A stretch of 64,000 nucleotides of DNA from Chrysomallon squamiferum (GCA_012295275.1 CM022677.1:21018001-21082000), one strand, 5' to 3'; positions 1 to 25,918 are shown, numbered from the stretch's first letter. A program made the numbers and translations. Notes: generated by a model not told the origin, from the sequence alone.

Positions 1-79
1 ATCAGAATATATCTATATACATCTATCTGTCTGTCTGTTTATCAATCTGTCTATCTGTCTGTCGCTCTATCTATCTGTT

Positions 80-113
<34 letters not shown>

Positions 114-200
114 TGTGTGTGTGTATGTATGTGTTTGTATATATATATACTTTTGCAGACACACACACACACACATACAATGTTCCACTTTAAAGATAAG

Positions 201-295
<95 letters not shown>

Positions 296-404
296 TACAG
301 AGAGAGAGAGACAGAGACAGGGAGACAGAGAGAGAGAGAGATCTTGAAATAAACATAGGAAAGAAAGCAGTCACAAACGTTTGTTTTTGTTTCGTATTTT
401 TCAG

Positions 405-2695
<2,291 letters not shown>

Positions 2696-2907
2696 ATTTC
2701 CCTTTATCTTTACACAGTGTGCGACCGTCTTCAAAATAAGGTTTTCAAAGAATCACACGAGTGACAGTTCCCAACGTAATACAGCAGAGCAGTCATTGTC
2801 CTAAAAAATTAAATTAAAAACAATTAAATAACGTATTTTCTATTCTTCTTCTTCTTCTTCTTCTTCTTTTTCTTCTTCTTCTTCTTTTTCTTCTTCTTCT
2901 TCTTCTT

Positions 2908-2938
<31 letters not shown>

Positions 2939-3259
2939 TTATTATTATTATTATTATTAATTTATTACATTAGCTTTTTCTTTTCATTTATTAGTTAGTT
3001 AGTTATTTTTTTCCAGGTGAATCGGTATAAATGAAACATATCTGCATCAGAAATTGAGTTTTATTTTAAAGTTTTATTTTAAAGCAACTGGTAGAGTGTT
3101 TAAATGTTAGAAGAATCGTTAACAGAACATGTTCCAGTGTCGTTTTTTATCTATCAGTGTAACTATCCATGTAGCCTATATATGTGTGTGTGCGTGTGTA
3201 TATATATATATATCCTATCATATGTTTGTCGCATTTATTGCAATTATACAGATGTAATC

Positions 3260-3290
<31 letters not shown>

Positions 3291-3695
3291 TTTTTTTTAA
3301 TAAATGAGTAGTACATAGATTCCGCTGTTAAACTAAACTATGTATTATTTTTATTATATTCATTGTATGTTGATCATATATCATATAAATTATAAAACAA
3401 TGATATCTCTATATTTAAGTTTCGTTTTTTCATTTATCTTAAATAAAAATAATGAAAAAAAAATATATATATGATTTATTGTTGTTATTATTATTATTAG
3501 TAGTAGTAGTAGTAATAGTAGTAGTAGTAGTAGTAGACGTAGTAGTTTTGTTATTTTTATTTGGTTGTGAAAATATGTCAATGATATAAATAATTATATT
3601 GTAACTCTATCCAACGCAGTCTTAAAAATTAAATTAAATAAAAGTATTGAATATTTAATACTCTGATTATTAATGATGCAGCATAACTATCGAGA

Positions 3696-3727
<32 letters not shown>

Positions 3728-4196
3728 CACACACACACACACACACACATTTGGCTATTATTTGAATACATTCTTGAGAATAACTGATTATGTCTTTATT
3801 TTAATTATTATTATTTTTTTAATAAAAGATAGTCTTCCAGAAATAATCATAACAACAACAACAACAACAACAACATATTAATAATATTGTACTACAGCTA
3901 AAGTGAACTCAGTTATTTGATCTCACCCCAAGGCAACCTACCCTTTCAGTGTTTGAGGTATGTTTTGTGAAACAATATTCTGAACAATATACAGTTTGAA
4001 TTATAGACATCGGAATATAATTAGGCATTTTATTTTACTTTAAAGTACTGACTCAAAATGGTGTCTAGCTTTTTTCTTTACTTTTTTTTTTTTTTGTATC
4101 TTTTAAAGTAAAAATCGGATAACATTTTCAACCATAACCTTTCTTGGTATAAATATATAAATATCAGTTTCTTTTTCTTTCTTTTTTTTTTTTTTC

Positions 4197-4267
<71 letters not shown>

Positions 4268-4856
4268 TGATTGTGTGTGTTTTTGTGTGTGTATGTGTTT
4301 TGTGAAAATGTCTATACCATATAGAAAGAAAATAAACAAAATTAATATATCCACTTTAAGTCTTAAAAATATATTGGAAATTTGCATTATCTATTCAGCA
4401 GAGTGTTGATTTTAAAAATAAATACTTAAGTAAAGATAAACGTAAACAATTAAGTATTAAATGTTTGCCTGTTTCAATGAACGAATGATTTGTTAGTAAG
4501 AGTTGTCGTTCTTGAATAAGTAACGTGTCTGTCATTTTTATGTCCTTCTATATATGACCACACGGAGTTGTCGTTCCTGACTGCACGTTTCTGAATGTAC
4601 GTTCTTCTGTGTTTTACTGTTAAACTATATGTGTGTAATTATACGAACAATTTGGTTTTACCTCAAAACAAACTGCGACAAAAAATGTACAAAGTTAGAA
4701 ACTGTACAACATTACATTTTGAGTGCCAATACCTGAATAACATAAGGAACTTTTCTTGACAAAATTTTCTTGAGAAAATAACCTTACATTTGCTAGAGGA
4801 AAATGGCGGCACCGAGATATTTCAGTCTATTTTCTCTTATTGACCTAATTTGTTTA

Positions 4857-4930
<74 letters not shown>

Positions 4931-4946
4931 AGATATATATTAAAAG

Positions 4947-5015
4947 GATATCAAGGGAGGTAACTGGTGATGGCAGTGTGGCGGGTTTTAATCACAAATT
5001 CCCTCCCTTGATATC
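4947..5015. repeat. 14-bp perfect inverted repeat (GATATCAAGGGAGG ... CCTCCCTTGATATC) around a 41-bp spacer; possible non-autonomous element remnant
   Basis: Arms read directly at 4947-4960 and 5002-5015. Confidence 0.55.
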
Positions 5016-5039
5016 GCTAATTTCAATTTCCTCGAAAAG

Positions 5040-5084
<45 letters not shown>

Positions 5085-5105
5085 TATTTAATTATTATTA
5101 TTATT

Positions 5106-5150
<45 letters not shown>

Positions 5151-5453
5151 TATTTATTATTATTATTATTATTTATTTTACTACTACTATTTTTTTTTCT
5201 CTCTCTCTCTCAGTATTTGGATGCGCTTTAGATTGTGTATCAACTTCTACAAGTGTATAGCAACGGGTGTAAATGTGTTACCTATATCTTTGTAATTATT
5301 TATTTATTTATTTATCTCTTTATTTGTTTGTTTGTTATTTGTTTTGCTTTTCTGCTTTTTGTGTTATTTATTTATTTATTCATTCATGTGTGTTCACAGT
5401 TTGATTGTTTCTGCTCTTACAAATCCTTTGTCTGTTTCTTTGTTATCTATCTG

Positions 5454-5484
<31 letters not shown>

Positions 5485-5674
5485 CTCTTTCTATATACAT
5501 TGTTTTATATTGACACATGCAAAGACACTTTCTTGATTCTCCTCTTTTCTTTCTTTCTTTCTTTTCTAGGAAAAACCAAAACAAAAAAAAAAAATAACAA
5601 CAACAACAACAACAACAACAATAATAAAAGTAATAATAAGAAGAATCTTTTTACTTCTCAAACAGCAATTACTT

Positions 5675-8192
<2,518 letters not shown>

Positions 8193-8260
8193 TTTTCTCC
8201 AATTCTGTACAACAAATTCAATCTGCGATTTTCTTCTCCTACGAATATAGAATTCCAAAT

Positions 8261-8267
8261 TTTTATA
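8261..8267 (-). promoter_or_regulatory. TATA box (TATAAAA) of lectin A
   Basis: About 70 bp upstream of ATG 8192 and mirrored at 10718-10724 upstream of lectin B. Confidence 0.6.
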
Positions 8268-9818
8268 GAGTTTAGCTGTCACGTGACCAGTTCACTCTGA
8301 TGACGATGAACAATTTGACTCTATTCGTGGTAAATCAGAAGTAAAAGAACAATGAGGAACATCAGTTTAAAGTGGCCATTTCGAGTGATAAACCGCACCT
8401 GTTGACGTGGTAATGTTGCTGTCGTCCCCACATTAACACGCATCTTCTAAACAACTGATGTCTTTACGCGTATTACAGATTAGTACAACCATCAACATTT
8501 CACGCCTGAAACAACCGGGTTTCCATTACATTTTTATTACCCTCGTGATCACGATCATCATTATCTCTAATTAAGATTGTTATTATGACTTCCTCGTGGG
8601 CAGAGAACACAGGACTTTGTCATCTGGAAAACTTTATGATGTTGAATTCGGTCCACAGCTGTCGTCTCATTTTCATTTCTACAGAATACGAAGACAAAGA
8701 CTCAAACAGCAGAACACTTGTTGATGCAGAAGAGGATATTTTCATGTCAGAGACTAACTTTGTTTCCAGACAGAGATGTACTTTTATGTTATGGAACTGA
8801 CGTAGTGAGACAAGATGACAGACACAACTTTCCCTTTAGTCTACGTGAATAATGTTGATGTTTAGACAATGTGACGGTTTCATTTCTTTTTCGTCTGATC
8901 CTGTCAGTTTTTTTTTGTTTTAACCACGGACCTTCGTCTCATTATTTATTTATTTTTTTATTTTTTTATTTATTTATTTTTTATTTTTTTATTTTTTTAT
9001 TTATTATTCTTTACTTTTTTGTTTTATTTTATAATTTTCGAAACTGACATTAACCTATACGCACAAACAGTTTTACATTGATCGTTTTCTGTTTCTTTTG
9101 CGTTTGTTTCACTGCTTTGTTACAACTAATTCTCCTAAGAACACAACAGCCTGCTAAACTGTTTAATAACTTTTAGCAATCTTAATATAAGCACAAACCC
9201 TGATATTTCAGCTGTGCTGGTAGAATGGATGTGAGAAAACACAACTAAACAACCATCGCTTTTTAAAAAATGATTCATTCTAGCATCTATCCATCAGATA
9301 TCAGTCTCCACCCTGCGAGTAGCAAGATACAGCTAGATACAGATTACAGGAATTCTGTGACGTACAGGAGAACGAATAACAAACATAAAACGAATATCCC
9401 ATCTGTTATAGGTTGGTCAATTAGGTTAGCTAAGATTCTTTTATCGGCTACAGTTGATAACATCCTAGTTGTCTTCGTGGTACAGTGGGACAAGAGACGA
9501 TGTCGTAGTTGTGTTGTCGGTAGTACAGGACGCCTGGTGACGTCCTGGTTCTCTAGAGAACATAATCCTAACGGCTTCACGTTCGGGTCCTGAAGAGGTC
9601 TGTTTCGAATTTTGTTCCGAGAATCGGGTTTAGGTCCACTGGTTGTATTTCAAGATGCTCTTAGATATGTGGTCAGTTAGAATAAAATATCTGGCCAAGG
9701 ACATGTCAACTTAATTCATGATGTCATTTATGTGAGAAACAGTTCTAACCCGTAACATAGTTTTGGTACGTGCATCATAAAGATGTCTATTTATTTATTT
9801 ATTTATTTCGTTATTTTA

Positions 9819-9867
<49 letters not shown>

Positions 9868-10717
9868 CATTATTTGGCATGAATTGTAGATCATTTTCAG
9901 AATCAGTCTCAATGTCAGTTGATATTCATTTCTGGTTTGTTTGCTACTAAAGGTAGACTGCTGTTTTATGTCAACTGTAATTGGGGTACCAAAGTAACGT
10001 GGAATATTATGTTGTACTTTAAATATGTCTATTCGATACAGATACGTTTCTCCAACTCCCTAACTGTTTCAGATTTATTTTTTCTTAGAATTCGTTTCGA
10101 ATTAACTATCGAACTCAGAACGCAAGATGGGACTGGACGGACATGATTAAATCAACAAGATCTGGGTTGTGATCTGATGCTGTGTCTTCTGCATGAATAG
10201 ATGCTTCGCTGTTTGAGTCTTTGTCTTCGTATTCTGTGGAAATGAAAATGAGATGTCGTGGGTGGCGATGTTTCCTTCCTCTCACGTTTCTGATGGCAGC
10301 TGCTTTAAAAATCTAGTCTACGACAGCTGTCGACCGAATTAAACATCATAACGTTTTCCAGATGACAAAGTCCTGTGTTCTCCATTCATGAGGAAGTAAT
10401 AATAACAGTCTTAATTACGGATAATGATGATCGTGATCATGAGGGCAATACAAATGTAATGGAAACCCGGTTGTTTCAGGCGTGAAATGTTGATGGTTGT
10501 ACTAATCTGTAATACGCGTAAAGACATCAGTTGTTTAGAAGATGCGTGTTAATGTGGGGACGACAGCAACATTACCACGTCAACAGGTGCGGTTTATGAT
10601 TCGAAATGGCCACTTTAAACTGATGTTCCTCATTGTTCTTTTACTTCTGATTTACCACGAATAGAGTCAAATTGTTCATCGTCATCAGAGTGAACTGGTC
10701 ACGAGACAGCTAAACTC

Positions 10718-10724
10718 TATAAAA
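10718..10724 (+). promoter_or_regulatory. TATA box (TATAAAA) of lectin B
   Basis: About 80 bp upstream of ATG 10803; marks the edge of the near-identical inverted arm. Confidence 0.6.
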
Positions 10725-10802
10725 ATGGAATTTCTTGGAAAAATTCAATTTTTACAAAAAAAAACTCTCAGACTCAACCTTAGAGAAGAGATCTAGACAA
10801 AA

Positions 10803-12325
10803 ATGTTGTTTGCTGCACTTTTGAGTGTGATGCTCCTCTGGCAATGTTCAGGTAAAAGGAAACATTTTTATCAAATTTTATTTTACTTCACTTCTTGATT
10901 ACCACTAGCTGTCTAAATTTTACATTATTGTCTTAACGGTTTCCTGTGAACTGAATTATCATAATAAAAATAGAGCCTAAGACTTTGTTAGCAGCACCAA
11001 CAACGTGAGTAATAGCAGTACTAGTAAAATTCGATAGCAATAACTATGATGACGACGATGATGATAAAGATCATGATGGCGACAACATCAGTAATGGTAG
11101 TACTAGTAACTTTCAGCAATAATCATTACGATGATACTGACTTTGCTGCCACTGAAAGATGGAGAGTTTTATTTTTCATGACGTGTTGAAATAAACATCG
11201 ACTTGAAAACGTGTGCATGTCAACTTAAATGTCAACTTAAATATGTCAAGTAAAAATAAATGAATAGGTTTGAAAACTTTCTTCCAGCGTCTGAGGTCAG
11301 TCTGTCAGCATGTTCTTCCTAAGACTACAGTTAATTTGTTTTCTTTCAGCTGTCGAGGAGGATTGGTTCACGGCGATGACCACACCTATTTTAAACTGTC
11401 CAAGAGGATTTGTCTTCAACGGCGGCAAATGTTTCTGGTTTTCACGAAAAGGTTTCCTAGCCTCGTGGTTAGAAGCCAGGGTAAGAAAGAGGCGGTTAAT
11501 ACTTGTGTAGATAATAGTTCATATGTACCTGTGTTTCGTCATTACTGTGCTGTGTCTACAATGTGCAAATGGTATTGTTAAAAACTCTGCATATGAAATA
11601 GAAATAAACTAGAAAAAAAAATAAAAAAAAAATAAAAAATTATACTCTGACTTATTTCTTCATTTCACTTTATTTTTGTTTCTTCTTGTTCTTCCCTGAA
11701 ATTTAAATAATATTGCAAACAGAGTTTTGTGAATGCCATAAAAGACAGAAATTCTATTGAAGATTATAGCACAGTAAATTTATTATATTTTGTTTCTGAA
11801 ACAATACATCAGTATTTTAAAATTTTATACAGTTTACAACTCTAACATTTTATCATTACTGCACGTTTACCAGTATCCGATATTAGTGACACAAATATGT
11901 TATTAACGTTCAAATTCGAAGTAAGAACCACAGTGTCAACTATTTCGCATATATTTTGTTTGTTATATCACTGTAGTATTATTACACTCTACTTGTATAA
12001 AGTAGTAAAATGATCCTATTCGTATAAAATCGTTGAACATTTTATTTGTCATAGTAATATTATTACGCTCTGCTTGTATAATAAAACTAAAATTATTTTT
12101 GTTTTTATGAAAAGGTTTAATTATTTTGCTTCTATGTAGGACTACTGTAAAACCATGGATGCCCAACTTGTGATCCCTAAAAACAGCACTTTCGACTTCA
12201 TTCAGAAGTATGCTACTAAACACGGTGCAGGTAAGGAATAAGAGCAATTTCATCATTAACACACTGTCTATAGTTAGCTTGTTGTTTCCAGCACACACAC
12301 ACATACACACACAAGTACACACATG

Positions 12326-12356
<31 letters not shown>

Positions 12357-12525
12357 TATATATTTATTTTGTCTACTTCATATATATTCATGCACAAATA
12401 CGTCCATCCGTACATAGATACATACGTACGTATAAATGCCGACATACCCAGATGCATACATACATACGTTTCTTCCTGTCTTCTTCTTCTTTTTTTTTTT
12501 AGACCCTCTCTGTTGTTGTTGTTCT

Positions 12526-12576
<51 letters not shown>

Positions 12577-12829
12577 CTTCAGCTCAAACAAGTCAGCTTA
12601 ATTACATTTTGGGGTCTCATATGTCAATAACTATCGACAGCTAACTTTGTTCTTCTGTCCTTTTCTGTATATCAAAACTGAAACGATAAAATAAATAAAT
12701 AAATACTAAATAAATAAATAAGAATAGAAGAAAGGAAATGAATAGTAAATGCTGTTATATCTAGATTCCACACCATTATTTATCGTTCTTTATTAACTTC
12801 TTTCCTTCTTCTTATTGTTTTGCTCTCTC

Positions 12830-12911
<82 letters not shown>

Positions 12912-13236
12912 TCCCCCCTCCCCCCTTTATAGATCGGTTCATTACCGGATGTTTCCGGATCAGTTAAATGAAACTCATTAAAATCTTGCAGTCAACAAAT
13001 ACTGGCTCAGTGGCAGCAACCTTGGGGATGACAAGCACTTCCAGTACATTTACGGAGACAACACCGCTGAAGACATCGTCGACACTAAATGGTACAAGGG
13101 CGAACCTAACAACATCGGGGGCGTCCAGAACTGCCTGTCGATGATGCGCAAAATGGGCTTCTTGTGGGATGATGACAAGTGCGAGAGAAAATACGGCTTT
13201 GTCTGCGAAACAAAACCAATACACTGTGGAATATAA
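10803..13236 (+). CDS. Secreted single-domain C-type lectin, copy B, 4 exons
   Basis: Exons 10803-10851 (MLFAALLSVMLLWQCS), 11350-11480 (AVEEDWFTAMTTPILNCPRGFVFNGGKCFWFSRKGFLASWLEAR), 12140-12230 (DYCKTMDAQLVIPKNSTFDFIQKYATKHGA), 12992-13236 (VNKYWLSGSNLGDDKHFQYIYGD...KWYKGEPNNIGGVQNCLSMMRKMGFLWDDDKCERKYGFVCETKPIHCGI*). Exon sizes 49, 91 and 245 equal those of copy A. AATAAA at 13254-13259. Confidence 0.9.
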
Positions 13237-13922
13237 AGCAGTTGTTCGTGAGAAATAAAATACTCTTCTTCATCTTTGTTCTTCTTTTTCTTCTTATTAT
13301 TTTAGTTTTTTTTTTATGGGGGGGTTGTGGGGGGGGTTGTGTGTGTGTGAGTGTGTGTGTTTGTCTTTTATCCTAGAAAGAAAGAAAGGAAAAAGAGAAA
13401 GAATCTAAAGCATTACAGACTCTCAAACAGACCAAAACAAACAAGAGAAGAAAGAAACAGAAAAATGAAATTAGCAGATAAAAGAAATAAGGAAATGAAG
13501 ATAAATTGAAATGTTTGACCAAAGGAATGTCAACCTTGTGGCTCATGCGATATTTTTGACAAATAGTTATAATAGTTTCGCTATGGTCAACATTAACAGC
13601 ATCTGATTAAATTAACAATATTTTTGGATTCACAGTCTAGTTTATTTGGAATTTGATCTCGATTTTAGTAATGCTACTACAGGATTAAGACTGAGATTTT
13701 ATGATGTCATGAAGCCTGCATCTGATCTTTTTGTACACAGGTGCATAACTGGACTATTTTATGTCATAAATTATGTAAATATATATATATTAGATACAGG
13801 TATTTATTTAATTACTGATTGGTAATAATGTTTTCTTACAATTTATTTTGAATGTCCTCTCGAATAATACTACTACTATTACTAATAATAATAAAAACAA
13901 CAACGACAACAACAACAACAAC

Positions 13923-13966
<44 letters not shown>

Positions 13967-14099
13967 CAACAAGAAATAATAAAAATAATACAAGGATGAA
14001 GATATTTATATTAATTCCATTCTCAGAACAAAAACCGAAACAGACCTTTACAAAAACCAAAAAAAAAACAAAAAAAACATGACAACCATCAATTTAAAA

Positions 14100-14640
14100 G
14101 TATTTGTGCGCAGAGATTAATGTCAGTTTCGAAAATTATAAAATTAAAAATAAAAACAAATAAATATTAGTGAGAGATGTATCTGTGGTTCAGATACGTA
14201 AACTAACGGCATCTGACAAAAAAAAAAATGAAACAGTCACATATCACCTATTGTCTGAACATCAACATTATTCACGTAGACTAAAGGGAAAGTTGTGTCT
14301 GACATCTTGTCTCACTACGTCACTTCCATAACATAAAAGTACATCTGTGTCTGGAAACAAAGTTAGTCTCTGACATGAAAATATCCTCTTCTGCATCAAC
14401 AGGTTTTCTGCTGTTTGAGTCTTTGTTTTCGTATTCTGTAGAAATGAAAATGAGACGTCGTGGATGGCGTTCCTTTCCTCTCACGTTGCTGACGACAGCT
14501 ATTTTAAAATCTAGTCTACGACAGCTGTGAAGCCAATTAAACATCATCAAATTTTCCAGGTGACAAAGTCCTGTGTTCTCTGCCCATTAGGAAGTAACAA
14601 TAACAACCTTAGTTAGAAACAGAGATGATCGTGATCACGA
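14100..14640 (+). repeat. Third copy of the distal lectin upstream region (inverted relative to about 8543-9066, partly direct relative to about 10190-10440)
   Basis: Shared strings such as CAACATTATTCACGTAGACTAAAGGGAAAGTTGTGTCTG and ATGATCGTGATCACGA. It stops before the proximal promoter and TATA box. Confidence 0.8.
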
Positions 14641-14956
14641 GACATCATTTCGTTCAATTTAAAACGCCAGTATCTTCGTTTTAAAGTATTTTCTGAAAAT
14701 ATGTGGCCAAAAAATGTCTTTCTATGCAAACGCAGAATTGTGATATTTCACTATTTCACTCATAATTCTTCAGTTCTACCTACTTGTTCGTTTCCTGAGC
14801 TGTCTTCCAGAAAAATACTTTCCAGTTCATAAGGAAACATTCTTAAAAATAAAGTAAAGTATTCAGTGTTCAGAAATAATATTATTTCCAGAGCTGAAAA
14901 AAAAAAAAAAAATAAATAAAAAAAAAATAAATAAAATAAATAAATAAATAAACAAA

Positions 14957-14999
<43 letters not shown>

Positions 15000-15362
15000 G
15001 AAGATAGTTTGTCACCAAGTGATCCAACATTTTTACGTTAAAACTTTCATTAATGAAAGATGAAAAAAACATTAGGACAGTGTTGATGAAGACTAATTTA
15101 GTAAAAGTGTGTGCAAAGTTGACAGAAGCAGTTGATATCAAAGAGGGAAAGAAAAGATGTCCGCATATTGAAAGAGTTGTATGACACTTCCACAGATATT
15201 AAAGAAACTTTCCTTTTCTCTGCTCACCATTGAGAAAGATCGTCATATCCTCAATTTCCTGACAAACAAGAGAGAGACTTGACTACGTGGATTTTCTTTC
15301 TTTTTTCTTTTTTTTTCTTTACGACTGAGACTGAAATTCTCATTGTCTACATTTTATTTCAG

Positions 15363-15815
15363 CCGAGCAATCGTGTCCCAGTAGATTTCTGTCGTACGCA
15401 GGCAAATGTTACTGGTTTTCACAAAAACACCTCACTGCATCGTGGCCGGGGGCCAGGGTAAGACATCATCTTTAACACGTTTGTAGATGACATTTTACCT
15501 GTGATTTATCACTGCTGTATGCTTACCAGTACCAGAAATGTGTGACTGAAAATGCTTCGTTAATCCGTATGTTATAGCAGTCGAGGTCACAAACATTTCT
15601 CGGTCCCTTTAAGCTTGAACTGTTCGTGACTCTTCGTGAGCAGAAACGAGATCTGGTTAACCACCACTGTTGTCTTCCTCAGTCTGTTTGTTTCACGACA
15701 GATGTTATAGAAATGTAGCCACGACATAACCTTTCACTTATTTCTTTGCTTGCTTAGTTTTTATTATTAGTGTCATTATTATTATTATTATTATTATTGT
15801 TATTATTATTATTAC

Positions 15816-15848
<33 letters not shown>

Positions 15849-15871
15849 TGTCATTATTATTATTATTATTA

Positions 15872-15921
<50 letters not shown>

Positions 15922-15958
15922 GGAATACTGTGAAAGTATGGATGCCCAGCTTCGTTAA
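15363..15958 (+). pseudogene. Truncated third C-type lectin (copy C)
   Basis: Intact 95-nt exon 2 at 15363-15457 (AEQSCPSRFLSYAGKCYWFSQKHLTASWPGAR, AG/GTAAGA). Exon 3 starts at 15923 (EYCESMDAQLR*) and breaks off. No exon 1 or exon 4 was found. Confidence 0.75.
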
Positions 15959-16186
15959 TATAAACTTTCATTAACTTTATTAAACTCTCTCTCTCTCTCT
16001 CTCTCTCTGTATGTATATACGATAAAACAAAACGATTTAATAAAGATTTGTTAATTTTCATTTTGCTAAAAGTTCTTCACGTCTGATGAATTAATGAATA
16101 AATAAATAAGATATAGGTACATTGTCAAATCATCGCATGTTATTGCTGCTGCTGTTGTTGTTATTATAGTTATTGTTATTGTTTTG

Positions 16187-16220
<34 letters not shown>

Positions 16221-16230
16221 TCAGAAAGGG

Positions 16231-16301
<71 letters not shown>

Positions 16302-16342
16302 TGGGCAACTGAACAAAATGCCCTACCCTCTGCAAGAAGTAG

Positions 16343-16365
16343 TGACGTCATAACAAATTACGTAA
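16343..16365 (+). promoter_or_regulatory. Paired bZIP-type sites TGACGTCA-N7-TTACGTAA; putative promoter element of the first LRR receptor gene
   Basis: A perfect CRE palindrome plus a TTACGTAA palindrome. The same arrangement recurs at 26060-26083 and 27334-27356, upstream of the second LRR gene. Confidence 0.45.
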
Positions 16366-17576
16366 TAGAACGGAAATGCTTAAGTTGAAAGGAAACCGGA
16401 CGCGATTCAAAAATGATGGCGTAGTTAAGTAATAATATATAGTTTATATAGATTAGAGATTTTCATGATGTGTTCTTTATATTTTGTTTACTTGTTTTCT
16501 TGGTAATGTGAGAAATATGATTAACTTTGTCAAATTGTATTCTATTCATTTTTAATTATGTTTATAACTGGCCTTTTCTTGGGAGAGTTACGAATATTTA
16601 TTTAATTAAACAATTATACTTTTATTTTAATTAAATTATTTATTTTTCATTTATTTTTATTTATTAATTTAATTTAAGTTTATTATTATTATTATTATTA
16701 TTTTTTTTTTATCGCAGCTATATAGAGAATAGAGTGACAGTTTTCTGATATACTAAAAGTCAACACAACACAATCCTAACTTTCTCAGAATGAAACAATT
16801 TATCAGAATGAAAATAATAGGGGATAATAAAAGGGATAATTTAAAAACCAAAGCAATGGAGATATGTAGGTATTAAGTCTCTGGAAAAAGGTTTTATTCC
16901 GGAAACGTTCAGCATTAATATAATGGCTAACAATTACTATTTGGTGCATACTATAAGTCTCCATTTGCAGAAGCATACCATAGTAAACCAACATCAAAGT
17001 CTGTATGCTTGCAGAAGAAATATTAAAATTATTACAGGTTTTCAAGTAAAATATTAAATTAAATATAGGTTTTCAGGTAAAATATTAATCTAAATATAGG
17101 TTTTCAATTTCACAGTAAGATCGGCACTATTTTTTTATATTTTTGTTATTATTATTTTTTCAAACCTCTCTCTCTCTCTCTCTCTCTCTTGTCATGTTGA
17201 AACGTCTGTTTAGATGAATGTGAATATATTACGTGAATCAGGAGAAAAGTGTGTTGTACGTCATCATCAATTTCTCTGTTTCTAAACGTTTCGCACATTA
17301 AAACAGAGCAAAGACAGAAACTGACCTGATTTGCTAACACATCACGTTAGTTTGCTGACACACAGCCCCATTCTGACATCCGAATAGTCACTATGATTAT
17401 TATTATTATTATTGTTTGATTTTATTTTTTACGTTTAATTAATATTATCTGTTTTTATTTAGTATTGCATCTCGCATCAAAATGATAAGAAGGAACGGTT
17501 GGCTAGTCTAGATGCGTTTGACAATGAGTGCTGTCCTAAACGAAAATGAAAAGTGAGGAATAATAATAATAATAAA

Positions 17577-17608
<32 letters not shown>

Positions 17609-18000
17609 ATTGTTATTGTTACTGTTACTGTTGCCATTATTATTGTTGTTGTTAAATTCAAATTAATTTATTAATAGAAGTATATAATGCTTAACAACTA
17701 AACGAATTTAAAATAGTTATAGGAAGAAAATAACTGCATTCTTTGTCTTTCGTTTTTATTTTAAGAATTCCTTCAACGAGAACATTCCCACTATTTAACT
17801 CATACTTTATTAATAAAAAAGCACAGAAATACAGCAGTAAATTGCACGCATGAGTAATGTAAGGTTCTGATAATGAGCATTAAAGAAAAAAAATACGAAA
17901 ATGATGATAATGATTATAAAAAGTAATAATTATGATGATGCCGAAGATTATTATGACTAAAATAACAATAAGATGATAATGCTGGTGATTCAGACGATGA

Positions 18001-18033
<33 letters not shown>

Positions 18034-18218
18034 TGATATCCATAGCAAAAATATTAATACGTAACATTAATATACAACAAAGCAACATATTCAGACGCTT
18101 ATCTAAGAATCTAATTATCAAGTATTTTTAGCTATCGTATAACACTCGTTTCATTTCGTTTTTTTCCAGGTGCTCAAAACATTGAGAAATTGCCTCTATT
18201 TTAAATTTCAAGAAGATA

Positions 18219-25049
<6,831 letters not shown>

Positions 25050-25189
25050 CCTACTTTTACTTTGCTTTGTTTATGATATGTGTGGCTTATAGAATTCATA
25101 CGAGTGATATTTCGCAACATGATTTAGATGGGTTGCGTTATTGGTACATTTTTTAATTGATTTATTTATTTTTATTTTTTTTCTTCTTC

Positions 25190-25233
<44 letters not shown>

Positions 25234-25861
25234 GTTTAGGCATGAATTTACTTACGTGTCTTTAAATTTTTTATTTTTTATTTTGTTCATTTAATTATTT
25301 AATATTACAACGCTGCTGTTAGTATTAGCATTATTTTTGTTGGTAAAATGTGTCTGTGGCAAATAATAGTTTTGTAACTCTACCATACCTAGTGTGAAAT
25401 AATAATAATAATAATAAAATAAAAATAAAATAAGATAAACGAATATTAAATATACATTTTTTTTATTTCGTTTTTGTCTATTGAAGATTGATTATGTAGA
25501 ACAGACGCACATACGTGCACAGAGAGAAAAAAAATACCTTCGTAAGAACATGGTCATGTATTTACATTCAAGTTACAGGTCTATATATGAATGTATATTG
25601 TTAACTGAAATGAATAAAAATACAAAGTCATTCACACAAACGTACTTTTGTCTGTGCATCTTTCCGTGTCTCAGTCCGTCCGATGTTTCTGCTGATCTAT
25701 TTACCTGTCTATCTTTCCAGCTGTCTGTCTGTATTTCTATATATGATCTGGCGAGAAAGAGACAGAGATAGACAGAGAAAACCAATTAAGAAGTAATTAC
25801 TTTCTTAATCCAGTTATAGAGAAAGAAAAAAAGAAAAAAGAAGAAAAAAGAAAGATAAAAC

Positions 25862-25918
<57 letters not shown>

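Larger units (their letters stand above)
8261..10724. repeat. Long inverted repeat: arms about 8261-8740 and 10190-10724 (duplicated lectin promoters) around a spacer of about 1.4 kb
   Basis: The reverse complement of 8261-8540 matches 10445-10724 with only a few mismatches. The distal parts (8545-8740 vs 10190-10440) are similar with indels. Confidence 0.9.

Noticed and set aside
9520-9610. Hairpins in the lectin spacer (CAGGACG/CGTCCTG, GTTCTCTAGAGAAC) and B-box-like GTTCGGGTCC as an ncRNA
   Set aside because: The stems are short and I could not fold a recognisable RNA family; an Infernal/Rfam search would be needed.
12933-12991. Upstream AG after the (CT)n tract as the acceptor of lectin B exon 4
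   Set aside because: It leads to an in-frame stop; the acceptor ending at 12991 gives a 245-nt exon matching copy A.
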